A stretch of 64,000 nucleotides of DNA from an uncultured Verrucomicrobiae bacterium (GTDB lineage Bacteria; Verrucomicrobiota; Verrucomicrobiia; Limisphaerales; Palsa-1400), in the NCBI GenBank assembly GCA_963764165.1, contig CAVXRD010000001.1, positions 864,001-928,000 on the forward strand. The letters run 5' to 3'. The translations under genes were made by a program, and so were the position numbers. The notes under the pieces were generated by a model. That model was not told the origin of the DNA and did not search any database. It saw only the letters and a list, made by a program, of their open reading frames with translations. Positions 1-10,306 of the stretch are shown here, piece after piece; position 1 is the stretch's first letter; each line of letters opens with the position of its first letter.

Positions 1-375
1 GATCCAACCCGTTCGTTCGCCTCATGGATTTTTACGATTGCGAAGAGAAAAGGCATTGATTGCTACCGCGCAAGAATTCCAGCAGGCGATGAAGCCGTGC
101 CCGAGGAATCGGCTGAGGAGGATCCCGCGGAATTGCTCGCCCGGCAGGAGGACGCTCGCGATATCTGGCGCCGGGCGCGCCAGAAATTGCCGGACAGCCA
201 GTTCCAGGCGCTCTGGCTTCGCTACGCCGAGGAAATGGACGTGGCGCAAATCTCGCGCGTGCTCGGCAAAACCCAAACACATGTCAAAGTGCTGCTGTTC
301 CGGGCGAGGAACAAATTAGCCGTTGATTGGCAAACGACGCCGCCTAACATGGTGCTGGCGGAAAGAAGGAATTGA
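1..375 (+). CDS. ECF RNA polymerase sigma factor (5'-truncated by window edge)
   Basis: Frame open from base 1: region 2-like FASWIFTIAKRKGID and region 4-like LWLRYAEEMDVAQISRVLGKTQTHVKVLLFRARNKL. Confidence 0.9.
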   Translation, partial: DPTRSFASWIFTIAKRKGIDCYRARIPAGDEAVPEESAEEDPAELLARQEDARDIWRRARQKLPDSQFQALWLRYAEEMDVAQISRVLGKTQTHVKVLLFRARNKLAVDWQTTPPNMVLAERRN

Positions 376-378
376 ATT

Positions 379-873
379 ATGAAAACGTGGCTCAACAAAT
401 TGAGAATTTCGTGGGCGATGGATTCGGGCAAACCGCTGCCGGATTCCTTGCTCCGCACCATCGCGGCCGACCCTGAATTGCAACAGTTTTCGCGGCAAAC
501 GCAATCGTTGGAAGGCTCGGCAAAGGCGTCCACCGTGGCGGAACACCCCCTTCACCATTCGATTATGCAATCCGTGCGGAATTCGCGGCACGCCGCGCGC
601 CGGCCGGAGCCGAAACATTCGCTTTTTTTGCCGTGGGCGTCGATTGGAGTTTCGGTGGCCGCAGTCGCGCTGGTTTGCTTTGGCGTGTTGCGTCATCACC
701 GTCAGGTGATGGACGGAACAAAGTCTTTGAACGAAGCGGTGGCCGTTTTGCAACTCAGCGAGAAAGTCACCAACACCATGCCGTATTTGCTTACGCCCTA
801 CTCCAACGAATTAGCGCGGGTCGACCGCAATTTGGAAGATACGAAAAAAATTCTGCTGGCGAGTTTTCCGTAA
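379..873 (+). CDS. Putative membrane anti-sigma factor / hypothetical protein
   Basis: Starts 3 nt after the sigma stop; single hydrophobic segment WASIGVSVAAVALVCFGVL. Confidence 0.6.
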   Translation: MKTWLNKLRISWAMDSGKPLPDSLLRTIAADPELQQFSRQTQSLEGSAKASTVAEHPLHHSIMQSVRNSRHAARRPEPKHSLFLPWASIGVSVAAVALVCFGVLRHHRQVMDGTKSLNEAVAVLQLSEKVTNTMPYLLTPYSNELARVDRNLEDTKKILLASFP

Positions 874-875
874 AG

Positions 876-953
876 GCAGTGAGGCGTCGCCGAGGCAACC
901 GGCCCGCGCGTGATCCATGCCATGTCCCGGACGCCCCGGCGAGGAGTCCCTGC
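876..953. repeat. Degenerate inverted REP pair (GTAGGGACGCCTCGCCGAGGCGTCC family)
   Basis: GCAGTGAGGCGTCGCCGAGGCAACC (876-900) and GGACGCCCCGGCGAGGAGTCCCTGC (929-953); related to copies at 10275, 28375, 35894, 49390 and 49609. Confidence 0.65.
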
Positions 954-1064
954 CATTCAAAGGCCGCAGAGGTTATGGCTAAAGTTGTGTGAATGCGCCG
1001 GGCGAGCCCATCGCAGAATGGGAGCGTGGAAAGCGCAAGTGCGGCCTGGCCGAGGCATCCCCTT

Positions 1065-1382
1065 CTATTGGGACTGGGTGCTGCCGGGTGGCGGGTCGAA
1101 ATGAATCACATTTTCCCCGGGCTTGGCAAAACTGAGGCGTTCGCGAGCGAGCCGCTCGATGGTCGCGGGATTCTGCAAGGCGCGAAATTCCGCGTCCAAT
1201 CTCCGGGCTTTGTCCTGCTCCGCTTCAATCCTCTTTTCCAGCTCAAGCTTGCTGCGGCGGAGGCGCTGGTTCTCCCGGATAACAGGCTGGTACCAAAGAA
1301 AAATCCCCAGCAAACTGGCGACAACCAGCATCGCCATGACGAGGCGAAACAATTTGTCCCAAATGCTGAATCCGGCGTTCAC
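1065..1382 (-). CDS. ftsB: Septum formation initiator FtsB/DivIC family
   Basis: N-terminal TM helix, coiled coil, IERLARERLSFAKPGENVIHF signature. Confidence 0.85.
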   Translation of the reverse strand: MNAGFSIWDKLFRLVMAMLVVASLLGIFLWYQPVIRENQRLRRSKLELEKRIEAEQDKARRLDAEFRALQNPATIERLARERLSFAKPGENVIHFDPPPGSTQSQ

Positions 1383-1492
1383 GGGCGAAACTTAATCACC
1401 GCGCGGCGAAAATGGGAAGAAAAATTTGCGATTTCCCGGGCAATTCTCCGATCGTCTGCCGAGGCTGCCTTGGCTCTTCTTCAAGAGCAGCA

Positions 1493-2392
1493 TCAATGCT
1501 CAGTGACAATTTCCGGGCGCGTGCTTTCAACGATGGCCAGCAATTCCTTCTGCTCCTTGTTTGGAATTTGCAGGCGGTCGAGGGAGACCTTCAAATCGCC
1601 AATCGTCGCATCGAATTCGGAATTGGAGATGTGCATGCTGGCATGGGAACTCTTCATCTCCTTGCCCTCGTAATGCGACGGGCCACCGGTGGCCAGAGCG
1701 AGAAATTCAACGAGATGCTTTTGCAGCATGACGACGTTGTTGGGAGAGTTTGACCACGCGACTGACTCATTATGATGGAATGAAAATCCGCCTTTTGTGA
1801 CGTTGTTCCGATCCCAATTCACGCGCGGGTCCTGCATGGCGCGAGGCAGGAAATCAGCCACGATTTTTTTCAAGCCGTCCTCGCCGCCAAGGCGGTCGTA
1901 TAGCGCCAGCTTCCCTTCCGCCTGCGCCGCCTTGTTCGTTCCATCGGCTCCGCTTGCCGAAGCGCTTGTGTTGACGACTTCCGCTTTCTTGACACTTTTT
2001 TCGCCAGCGCCCTCGCCGCCGCCGGTAAGCTGCTCGTTTTGCGCCATGCGCTGGCTGGCCCGCTGGTCGGCGTCGCGGTCGCCGGAGGTGAAGAAATCCT
2101 GATTCTTGGCCTTTGCCTTCTGGCTCCCGCATCCTGTCAACAGAACAACCGTCGCCGCGCACGATACGCAGGCGATGGTTCGGGCCACGGCGCCAAAGGT
2201 GCTGGCATGCGACGGTTCCCGCCCGCTTTCACCCGCCGGCGCCGGCCCTTGTGCCGATGGGCCGGATTCCTTCACCGCCGTCAAGCGCGGCACGCGGGGA
2301 AATTGCAGGGACCGCTTTTCAAATCGCCGCCAAAAAGCCAGATAATTGTCCTGCGCGCCTCGCGCCCTCGTGATAATAGATTTTTTTTCCAT
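1493..2392 (-). CDS. Group I truncated hemoglobin with lipoprotein-like N-terminus
   Basis: LYDRLGG...ATGGPSHYEGKEMKSSHASMHISNSEFD trHbN motifs; lipobox-like LLTGC; GGAG upstream of the ATG. Confidence 0.85.
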   Translation of the reverse strand: MEKKSIITRARGAQDNYLAFWRRFEKRSLQFPRVPRLTAVKESGPSAQGPAPAGESGREPSHASTFGAVARTIACVSCAATVVLLTGCGSQKAKAKNQDFFTSGDRDADQRASQRMAQNEQLTGGGEGAGEKSVKKAEVVNTSASASGADGTNKAAQAEGKLALYDRLGGEDGLKKIVADFLPRAMQDPRVNWDRNNVTKGGFSFHHNESVAWSNSPNNVVMLQKHLVEFLALATGGPSHYEGKEMKSSHASMHISNSEFDATIGDLKVSLDRLQIPNKEQKELLAIVESTRPEIVTEH

Positions 2393-2412
2393 AAAAAACT
2401 CCGTTTAGGTCG

Positions 2413-3633
2413 TTAGTTCCCGTTGCTGGTCGATATGGCATCCGTAAAATCCGGCGCGCTGAACTTGAGACTGTCATTTGTGTTGAGCTGGTCCAATCGC
2501 GGCAGATAAGCGCGCACAAACGCGTTGCGAAAAATATTTCCCAAGGTGGTGAGAAGCTTGATGCTGGTGGGTCCATCCGCCTCGGCGGTAAAAGGGATCA
2601 TCGTGCCAAATTGGTCGCGCGGAATGTTCCGCAGCGCTTTCGTTGTCGCACCCACCAGGGCTTGCCAGAAAAACTGCAGAACGTTGTCTTCCTTCAGATC
2701 TTGCGCGAGGCTGAATACTTGGAGGTTCCGGAACAGGGGTTTGATGTAACCGGTGATTTGCCCTTCCTTGGCGTCGGTTTCCAGCACCAGATCGAACCAG
2801 CCGCGTTTGAAATCGAATTTTCCATAAGCCAGGGCAAGGTCGTTGATTTTGGTCAGGTCGAGATTCAGCATCCGGACTGCCACGTGAAAAGTCGGTTTGT
2901 AGGAGAACGGATCCAGCGTCATTTCAACGTTGAGCTTGGCTTCATCCATGGCGGTTGCAGTCGCTTTGACCGTTGCCGAGAGCGGGCTGGATTGGTCCGA
3001 AATGTTGCCCAGATTATCAATGGTTGCCTCAAGATTGGAAAGGTAGACATCGACCGGCTTGGCAGTTTGGTAAGTGCGAAAATGCACCGCGCCGCCGACG
3101 ACCCGAAAGCGATTGATTTGAAAGGGAAACAAATCGCGAATCATTTCCAGCCAGGGACCTGTTCCGCCGGTCTGGGAATCGTCGTCGCTCGGGGCGTCGA
3201 CAAAATTAATCACCGGTTGTTCAGCCGTTATTTCCCCGACGATCCGGCCGTGCAGCAGCGCATTCCATTGGATTGAAAGATCGAGATTGGATGCGGCGAA
3301 GAATGGCACTGGAACATTGCCCGTCGTCTTGTCGATTTTGATTTGCTCGATACTGTAGGCGCCGCGCCACAAATGGATATGAACAGTGCCGATCTGACCC
3401 GAGTAAAGGGGATTTTTGCTCAACGTCTTATTAACGTAGCGCTCGACTGACCACGGCATGATCGCGCGCACAACACCCAGCACGAGGGCGAGCACCAGAA
3501 ACGTCCATCCGAAAAATCGCAGCACGCGGTGGCGCTTCGGTGGTTTGGTTTTTGGCGCGGGAGCCGACGGCGGGAAGGTCGAGCCAACGTCGGCAGTCTT
3601 CACCAAAGTTTCCTCGTGGTCGCGATGCTTCAT
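2413..3633 (-). CDS. DUF748-like (AsmA-related) membrane-anchored protein
   Basis: N-terminal TM, GTVHIHLWRGAYSI, AYGKFDFKRG, GYIKPLF, IFRNAFVRA motifs. Confidence 0.75.
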   Translation of the reverse strand: MKHRDHEETLVKTADVGSTFPPSAPAPKTKPPKRHRVLRFFGWTFLVLALVLGVVRAIMPWSVERYVNKTLSKNPLYSGQIGTVHIHLWRGAYSIEQIKIDKTTGNVPVPFFAASNLDLSIQWNALLHGRIVGEITAEQPVINFVDAPSDDDSQTGGTGPWLEMIRDLFPFQINRFRVVGGAVHFRTYQTAKPVDVYLSNLEATIDNLGNISDQSSPLSATVKATATAMDEAKLNVEMTLDPFSYKPTFHVAVRMLNLDLTKINDLALAYGKFDFKRGWFDLVLETDAKEGQITGYIKPLFRNLQVFSLAQDLKEDNVLQFFWQALVGATTKALRNIPRDQFGTMIPFTAEADGPTSIKLLTTLGNIFRNAFVRAYLPRLDQLNTNDSLKFSAPDFTDAISTSNGN

Positions 3634-4185
3634 TGCTTCTCGCTCCAACCAAGATGGAGGGGGCGCAAATCCGCCATTCGACTAGCCGTTCCGAACGAAT
3701 CCATACCTGTGTGGTTATGCTAGTGAATAGCGCGGGGTGGTTCTACGGGCATTTACCCTACCTGAGAGCGCCACCCAGGAGAATTTGCCGCTAAAAATTG
3801 ATAAGCCAGGGGTGCGAAAGGCTCCTTGCAGGTTTGACCTCAAATGCAGGGCATCCATTTGCAAATTGCCAAAGGGCGCGCAAAATGATTCAGTCAATGA
3901 AATGAAGCTGCCGAGGTTACGGATGAATTCGCCAGCCCACCGGCGCGCAATGGAGGCGGCGTTTAATTATTTCGCCTGGTGCAGCCTCATCGCCTTCACA
4001 GTCGGCGACTTGCGCGGCCGGCCTGAGATTGTTTGTAAAAACTGCCGAATCAAGCCACTTCTGCCGGCGGCGCAAAGCGTTAATCTGCGGCAAGCCAAAT
4101 CAATCTCTGCCAAAGCCCTCTAGTGCTCAGGTTGCAAATGTAGTGCATTGCATTAATTGTGAGGAATTGTAATATCAATGAACTC

Positions 4186-5526
4186 ATGAACACTAATTCA
4201 CCTGCGGGCGATCTTTCTCGCCGCGACTTTCTCAAGACAACTGCCAAAACCGGCCTTGGCTTATCGCTGGCCGCCAATCTTGCCATCGAGCGCGCTGCTT
4301 ACGCGGCGGGCGATGACACGATCAAACTCGCCCTCGTCGGCTGCGGCGGACGCGGGTCCGGCGCGGCGGACCAAGCGCTGACCACGACGGCCAACGTCAA
4401 ACTGGTCGCCATGGCCGATGCGTTCGAGCCGAAGATCGAAAGCAGCTTGAAGGAATTGGTCAAGAACCATCCAGACAAGGTGGATCCGGCCACGGTCCAT
4501 CGTTACGTCGGTTTCGATGCTTACAAAAAAGCCATCGCGGATGCGGACATCGCCATTTTGGCCACGCCTCCCGGATTTCGCCCGCTGCATTTTGAAGAGG
4601 CAGTCGCGCAGGGAAAGAACGCGTTCCTGGAAAAGCCCGTGGCTACCGACGCGGCTGGCGTCCGGCGCATTCTCGCGGCCAACGAGATTGCCAATCAAAA
4701 GAAACTGAAAGTCGGGACAGGATTTCAGCGCCATCATTCCTCCGGTTATATCGAGGCGCTGAAACGTGTTCGCGACGGAGCCATCGGCGAGATTCTTGCG
4801 ATGCGGGTCTATTGGCGGGGCGGCTCGCGCGGCGGCCAGCAGAAGCTGCCCAACGAAACCGAGTTGCAGTATCAAATTCGCAATTGGTATTTCTTCACTT
4901 ATCTTTCCGGCGATCACATCGTCGAGCAGCATTGCCATAACATCGACGTAGCCAATTGGTTCAAGGGGACGCACCCTGTCCGCGCCATCGGCATCGGTGG
5001 CCGGCAATCGCGCACGGCGAAAACGTGCGGGCAGATTTTCGATCACCATTACGTGGAATTCGAATACGAGGACGGCACGCGGATGTTCAGCCAGTGCAGC
5101 CAATTCCCATCCAAATGGGGGCGGGTCGCGGAAGCGCTGCAAGGTTCCAAAGGCACGGCGGATCTAAACAACGACCGCCACATTTTCAACATCAAGGGGC
5201 CAACGCCGTGGCGTTACGAGGGCACGCCGAAAAACCCCTACCAAGTCGAGCACGACGATTTGTTCGCCGCCATTCGCAACGGCGATGATTACAACGAGGT
5301 CGAGAATGCCGCGCACAGCACGATGACCGCGATCATGGGCCGCATGTCGACCTATTCCGGCTCCGAGGTGCAATGGAAGGATGCCATCGCGTGCCCGGTC
5401 GTCCTGATGCCGGCGGATCTGACATGGGAAAGCAAAGCGCCCGTTCAACCTGATGCCGACGGATTTTATCCGGTGGCGCATCCGGGCAAAACGACCGCTT
5501 GCGAAGACGTCTCATGGGCGACCTGA
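4186..5526 (+). CDS. Tat-exported Gfo/Idh/MocA family oxidoreductase
   Basis: SRRDFLK Tat motif; LVGCGGRGSGA; ATPPGFRP; EKPVATD; GDHIVEQHCHNID. Confidence 0.92.
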   Translation: MNTNSPAGDLSRRDFLKTTAKTGLGLSLAANLAIERAAYAAGDDTIKLALVGCGGRGSGAADQALTTTANVKLVAMADAFEPKIESSLKELVKNHPDKVDPATVHRYVGFDAYKKAIADADIAILATPPGFRPLHFEEAVAQGKNAFLEKPVATDAAGVRRILAANEIANQKKLKVGTGFQRHHSSGYIEALKRVRDGAIGEILAMRVYWRGGSRGGQQKLPNETELQYQIRNWYFFTYLSGDHIVEQHCHNIDVANWFKGTHPVRAIGIGGRQSRTAKTCGQIFDHHYVEFEYEDGTRMFSQCSQFPSKWGRVAEALQGSKGTADLNNDRHIFNIKGPTPWRYEGTPKNPYQVEHDDLFAAIRNGDDYNEVENAAHSTMTAIMGRMSTYSGSEVQWKDAIACPVVLMPADLTWESKAPVQPDADGFYPVAHPGKTTACEDVSWAT

Positions 5527-5574
5527 TGGAGCAGAGGTTCCTGCGAATTCGGCGGGGGACGCGAAATGGCCGCG

Positions 5575-6588
5575 TCATCCGTGAAGGGGAATCTCATTGT
5601 TCCGCAATGCCGCGAGGTCATTGAGCCGGGTCAGAATGGATGGAGAAGACTTTGATTGGCTTTGGTGGCCCAGGTGCGTTTTTTGAGCCGAGCCGCTGGG
5701 GAGCATTCGATTGGCCAAGGAGGCGACAGCGGTGGAGAAGTTCGGCGCCATGCCGCTGGAAAGCACCGCTAATTTCGCAGGCACGCCAAGGACCACGCGC
5801 GCCGCGTTCCGCTGGCAGGCCGAAAGAATTTTCGCCGCCGCGCGCTCGGCGCTCATCGAAAGAAGCGGAAGCGAGCCGGAAACCGAAAACCATGCATGCT
5901 CGGCCCGATGGTCGCCCTTGAAGAGGGCATTTCTGCTGCTGCCAGTGCGCATGAGCCCGGGGCAGATTGTTGTCACATAAATATGCTCGCGGCGCAGCTC
6001 CGCCCGCAATGCCTCCGAAAAGCCGACCAGCGCAAATTTGCTGGCGCAATACGGAATCATGTGGGGAATGCCGATTTTTCCGCCGATGGAGGCGATGTTT
6101 ACAATCCGCCCCGCTCCGGCGCGCCGCATATGCCGCAGCACAGCCATCGTCGTGTGGAGGGCGCCGTAAAGATGCACCGCCAGGGCGTCCTCATAATCCT
6201 GGACAGTCATCGAATCGACCGGTCCGACCTGCATCATGCCCGCGTTGTTAATGAGAACATCGATCTTGCCAAAACGCCTGGCCACTTCGCTCATCGCGGC
6301 GTTGACCTGCGAAGGATCTCGGACATCGCACGCAATGCCGAGCACGCCGGTGCCCCCGGCCCGGAGCTGGTATTCTGCGCGGCGCAATTGCCCCTCGCTG
6401 CGGGACATGATAACCACGTTGGCGCCCTTGCCGACCAATTGGCGCGCCAGCACAAGGCCCAGCCCGCGCGACCCGCCCGTGATCACGACGAGCCGGTTTC
6501 GAAAAGAAAAGCGATTGTGGCTGGCGATCCGCTTCGCCATGAAAAAACCACCGAGGAACGCGCCCGCCACTGTTGCTGTTTTCCACAT
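5575..6588 (-). CDS. Short-chain dehydrogenase/reductase (SDR)
   Basis: TGGSRGLG, NNAG, YCASK catalytic motif. Confidence 0.93.
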   Translation of the reverse strand: MWKTATVAGAFLGGFFMAKRIASHNRFSFRNRLVVITGGSRGLGLVLARQLVGKGANVVIMSRSEGQLRRAEYQLRAGGTGVLGIACDVRDPSQVNAAMSEVARRFGKIDVLINNAGMMQVGPVDSMTVQDYEDALAVHLYGALHTTMAVLRHMRRAGAGRIVNIASIGGKIGIPHMIPYCASKFALVGFSEALRAELRREHIYVTTICPGLMRTGSSRNALFKGDHRAEHAWFSVSGSLPLLSMSAERAAAKILSACQRNAARVVLGVPAKLAVLSSGMAPNFSTAVASLANRMLPSGSAQKTHLGHQSQSKSSPSILTRLNDLAALRNNEIPLHG

Positions 6589-6872
6589 GGCGCAACATCG
6601 CGCGCCTTGCGGAAAGAACAAGAGGGGAATTGCCCTATCCGCGCCCCGAAGCGGGCGCCTGCCTTTGTCACGCGAAAAGCCCCGCCGCTTCCTTGTACAC
6701 GACAGACTGTCAAGTGAACTTCCGCCGCCTCCCGAGGGAGGTGCGCAATTTTGTTATAGTGTCCTTGCGCGGCGAAAGTGGGGGAACTCTTCGCGTTTGG
6801 GCCGGGAAAAACGCGGAGGGGTGGGTCAGGTTGCACGTCAACAATACCTAATGTAAATGAAAGTAGGAGGCA

Positions 6873-7370
6873 TTGATGACAGGAACAGCAAACCCAAAAA
6901 AAAGCAAAAAGGATTTCGCGGCAGGCGAATCCAGAAAAGCGAACGCCCCATCGCCGCCATCCTCCGCGGAGAATGCCCCCGCGTTGACTAATCCCAAAAC
7001 CGGCGCGCCAGCTCACAGCCTGGAGATCGCCCCCAAGTTTTGGGCGGAATTTTTCGCCAGCCTCAAACGCGCCCAGCACGTCATCCACATTCGAGAGAGC
7101 CAGCCTGGCGGTTCATTAAAGGACGTTGCCGTCAACGCCCCTTTGCGCCGCGCCGTGCTGGAGCACGAGAATGACGGATGCAGTTCCGTGGTAGTCCTCG
7201 AGATTGGCGAAGACTCGGAAAAACCGGCCCGCCACGAAATCGTCGAACCTTTTCAGCTCTGGCTGGAAAATCGCAAAGGAGATCGTTTCGGCCGGCTACA
7301 GATTCGAGCGGAATCGGGAACGTCTTCAATCGACTTCCATCCGCTCCTCACCTATGAACGCCACACCTGA
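6873..7370 (+). CDS. Hypothetical protein, DUF5335-like
   Basis: AGGAGG RBS; EIAPKFWAEFF...PLR...HEIVEP...LQIRAESG pattern resembles DUF5335; lies in a stress-gene cluster. Confidence 0.55.
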   Translation: MMTGTANPKKSKKDFAAGESRKANAPSPPSSAENAPALTNPKTGAPAHSLEIAPKFWAEFFASLKRAQHVIHIRESQPGGSLKDVAVNAPLRRAVLEHENDGCSSVVVLEIGEDSEKPARHEIVEPFQLWLENRKGDRFGRLQIRAESGTSSIDFHPLLTYERHT

Positions 7371-7396
7371 CGAACGGTGTAGAAACGGAGCACCTT

Positions 7397-7840
7397 ATGG
7401 ACGGAAAACTAGTAGTTGTGGCTGACTTGGGACATATGAAGGCCTACCGGCTGGACGATGACACCCGCTTCAGCACGCCCCATCTCGAATTGATGGAGGA
7501 ATGGCAAATGGATGCCCACCGCCTGCCCGGCGGCACCGCGACCGGCAATGCCGGCCGCTTCGACACAAGCGCAATCGAATCCGAGCCGGATTCGGACAGC
7601 GATGCAAAGCACGCAACGATTGAACGGCGTTTTCGCGCCGTGAAATTTCTCGCGCGCCGCATCGAGCATCTCATGACACGAGAGCACGTTGAAAAATTGT
7701 TTCTGGCCGCCGATTCGGGAATCAATCGCCCGATCCTTGACCAGGTCAATGCAAGCGTGCGTTCAAAAATTGAGAAGAACGTGCGCGCGGATTTGAGCCG
7801 CGTGCGCCCCGACGAGCTGCTGCAACATTTCTCCACTTGA
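7397..7840 (+). CDS. Host-attachment / baeRF-like family protein
   Basis: LVVVADLG N-terminus, LFLAAD, KNVRADL; GGAG RBS. Confidence 0.7.
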   Translation: MDGKLVVVADLGHMKAYRLDDDTRFSTPHLELMEEWQMDAHRLPGGTATGNAGRFDTSAIESEPDSDSDAKHATIERRFRAVKFLARRIEHLMTREHVEKLFLAADSGINRPILDQVNASVRSKIEKNVRADLSRVRPDELLQHFST

Positions 7841-8113
7841 GAAATTGAATTAGTCCTGGCGTCAGAACTCGGTTCGGGTGCGCGCGGCGGCGATCGAAAG
7901 GTTGCCGCCGCGCGCGCTTTTTGCGAATGAGGGGAGCGTGGCCGGCCCTTTTTCCGGCGCCGCGGAAACAGTTCACTGGGAGCCTCGCCCTACCAAGATT
8001 CACCCACCCCTGAGTCGGGACTTTCCTCCCTAGCCTGCGCCTTGAAGGTGAGGGACGTTAAGAGCGAGACCCAGGCCTGAAGCCTGCGGGGCTTAAAGTT
8101 CAAGGAGAAAAAT

Positions 8114-8662
8114 ATGAATGACTTGGAAAAACTATTCCTTAGCGAATTGCAGGATATTTACGACGCAGAACATCAGCTCGTCAAGGCTCTCGACGAGTTG
8201 AGAACCACGGCCAAAGCCCCTGAGTTGAAAGCCGCCTTTGATTCACATCTTTTGGAAACGAAAACGCATGTGAAGCGCTTGGAGGATGTATTCCAGGCTC
8301 TCGGCCAAAAGCCCAAACGCCAGACCTGCGACGCCATTGAAGGCATCATCGACGAAGCTCAAACGCTCGCCGAAGAGTTTGCGGACAACACTGCCCTGGA
8401 TGCCGGCTTGATCGCCGCGGCGCAGAAATCTGAGCACTATGAAATCACAAGCTATGGCAGTTTGTGCGCGTGGGCTCGGGAATTGGGAAACACACACATT
8501 GAGAGTTTGCTGCGGCAAATCCAGGACGAAGAGCGCGCCGCCGACGAAAAGCTGACCGAACTCGCCCAATCCGCGTTGAACCGCGAAGCAAGCTGGTCCG
8601 ATACCGGAAAGAGTTCCAGCACCGTGGCCACGCTAAAAAAGCTCGTCACCCACGGAACGTGA
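8114..8662 (+). CDS. yciF: YciE/YciF ferritin-like stress protein (DUF892)
   Basis: ELQDIYDAEHQL, HLLETKTHVKRLE, CDAIEGII, AAAQKSEHYEITSYG. Confidence 0.92.
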   Translation: MNDLEKLFLSELQDIYDAEHQLVKALDELRTTAKAPELKAAFDSHLLETKTHVKRLEDVFQALGQKPKRQTCDAIEGIIDEAQTLAEEFADNTALDAGLIAAAQKSEHYEITSYGSLCAWARELGNTHIESLLRQIQDEERAADEKLTELAQSALNREASWSDTGKSSSTVATLKKLVTHGT

Positions 8663-8742
8663 TTTGACTTTTCGGCTTTGGCGGCGGCGCACGGTGTGCC
8701 CGCCGCCGGAGCCGAGGCTCATTAAAGGAGGTGAATTTCGCC

Positions 8743-8910
8743 ATGTTAAGATGGACATTGATTTTCTTGGTTATCGCATTGGTGGCGGGGGCATTTGGTT
8801 TCTTCGGCGTCGCCGGGGCGGCAGCGGGCATCGCCAAGATTCTGTTCACGATATTCATCGTGTTCTTTTTGATTTCTCTGATCTACGGGCTCTCTCATCG
8901 AGCGCCTTGA
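8743..8910 (+). CDS. DUF1328 (YtjA-like) small membrane protein, 55 aa, absent from the ORF track
   Basis: Manual translation [55 protein letters not shown]; strong SD AAAGGAGGTGA. Confidence 0.93.
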   Translation: MLRWTLIFLVIALVAGAFGFFGVAGAAAGIAKILFTIFIVFFLISLIYGLSHRAP

Positions 8911-9016
8911 GAGAATGAGACACGTCAGCCACGCCTCCGCCTGTAGCGGTGGGCGTGGCTGCTTGTGTTTTGTGTTTTTGACAAACGCGCCGCGCGTCAT
9001 AGGTTGAATCCTGGGT

Positions 9017-10306
9017 ATGCCACAAAAACATGTTGTCGTTCTGGGCGGAGGATTCGGGGGTATGGAATTCTGCCAGCATTTTCACCATGCGGATGCCCGC
9101 ATCACCATCGTTGACCGGGCAAACCACCATTTGTTCCAGCCGCTGCTTTACCAGGTCGCCACGGCGGGATTATCCGGGCCGGACATCGCTCAGCCCATCC
9201 GCTCGATTTTTTCCAAACGCCAGGACATCACGGTGCTGATGGACGAAGCGGTTGATTTCGATTTCGTCAACAAGAGAGTCGTCTTAAAGCACATCCAGCT
9301 CCCTTATGACTTCCTCGTTTTGGCAATGGGCGGGCGCAATTGTTATTTTGGCAAACCACAATGGAGCCAGTTCGCCCCGGGCCTGAAGAATCTTCAGGAC
9401 GCGATGGCGATTCGCAGCGAGCTTCTTATGGCTTTTGAGAGGGCGGAAAATGGCGCGGATGATGCGCGGCGAAAAAAATTATTGACTATGGTCATTGTGG
9501 GCGGCGGCCCGACTGGCGTCGAGATGGCGGGCGCATTTGCTGAACTTGCCAGGAAAGTGCTGCGGCGGGATTTCAGGCGAATCGATCCCGGCCAGGCGCG
9601 CATTGTCTTGCTCGAAGGCGGCCCTGCGATCCTCGCCCAATTCCCGAAGAAATTATCGGACAGCGCCCGGCGGCAGCTCGAGTCCATGCATGTTGAAGTT
9701 CGCACATCGACCCGCGTGAAAGAAATTCTGAAGGAAAAAGTGGAGTTGGAAACCGGCGAGGTCATTGAAGCGGCCACTATTGTTTGGGCGGCCGGAATTG
9801 CCGCGGTGGAAACCACGCAAAAGCTGGGCGCGCCACTTGACAAGGCCGGACGTGTCAAAGTGAATTCGGACCTCTCTCTGCCCGGCCAGCCAGCCGTCTT
9901 CGCCATCGGTGATATGGCGACAATGGCCGGGGATGACGGAAAGCCCATTCCAGGCGTCGCGCCCGCCGCAATGCAGATGGGACGGCACGTCGCTAAAATC
10001 ATTGGCGCTGAACTAAACGGCGGCGGCAAAGACCGCCCGCCCTTCAAATACCACGACAAGGGAACTATGGCCACCATCGGCAGATCGGCGGCAGTGGCGT
10101 GGCGCGGCAAGATCATGGTTTCGGGGTTCCTGGCCTGGCTCATGTGGCTGGTGGTTCATTTGTTATATTTGACTGGCATCCGCAACCAATTGGCCGTTCT
10201 TTTTCAATGGACATATTCCTACCTCACCTACAAGCGCGGGGCGCGAATCATAGCGCCGGAGTCTGCCTCCCAAGGCAGAGACGCCCCGCCGAGGCGTCCA
10301 GGGTGA
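9017..10306 (+). CDS. ndh: Type II NADH dehydrogenase
   Basis: GGGFGG, HHLFQPLLYQVATAGL, VGGGPTGVEMAG, KGTMATIGR. Confidence 0.92.
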   Translation: MPQKHVVVLGGGFGGMEFCQHFHHADARITIVDRANHHLFQPLLYQVATAGLSGPDIAQPIRSIFSKRQDITVLMDEAVDFDFVNKRVVLKHIQLPYDFLVLAMGGRNCYFGKPQWSQFAPGLKNLQDAMAIRSELLMAFERAENGADDARRKKLLTMVIVGGGPTGVEMAGAFAELARKVLRRDFRRIDPGQARIVLLEGGPAILAQFPKKLSDSARRQLESMHVEVRTSTRVKEILKEKVELETGEVIEAATIVWAAGIAAVETTQKLGAPLDKAGRVKVNSDLSLPGQPAVFAIGDMATMAGDDGKPIPGVAPAAMQMGRHVAKIIGAELNGGGKDRPPFKYHDKGTMATIGRSAAVAWRGKIMVSGFLAWLMWLVVHLLYLTGIRNQLAVLFQWTYSYLTYKRGARIIAPESASQGRDAPPRRPG

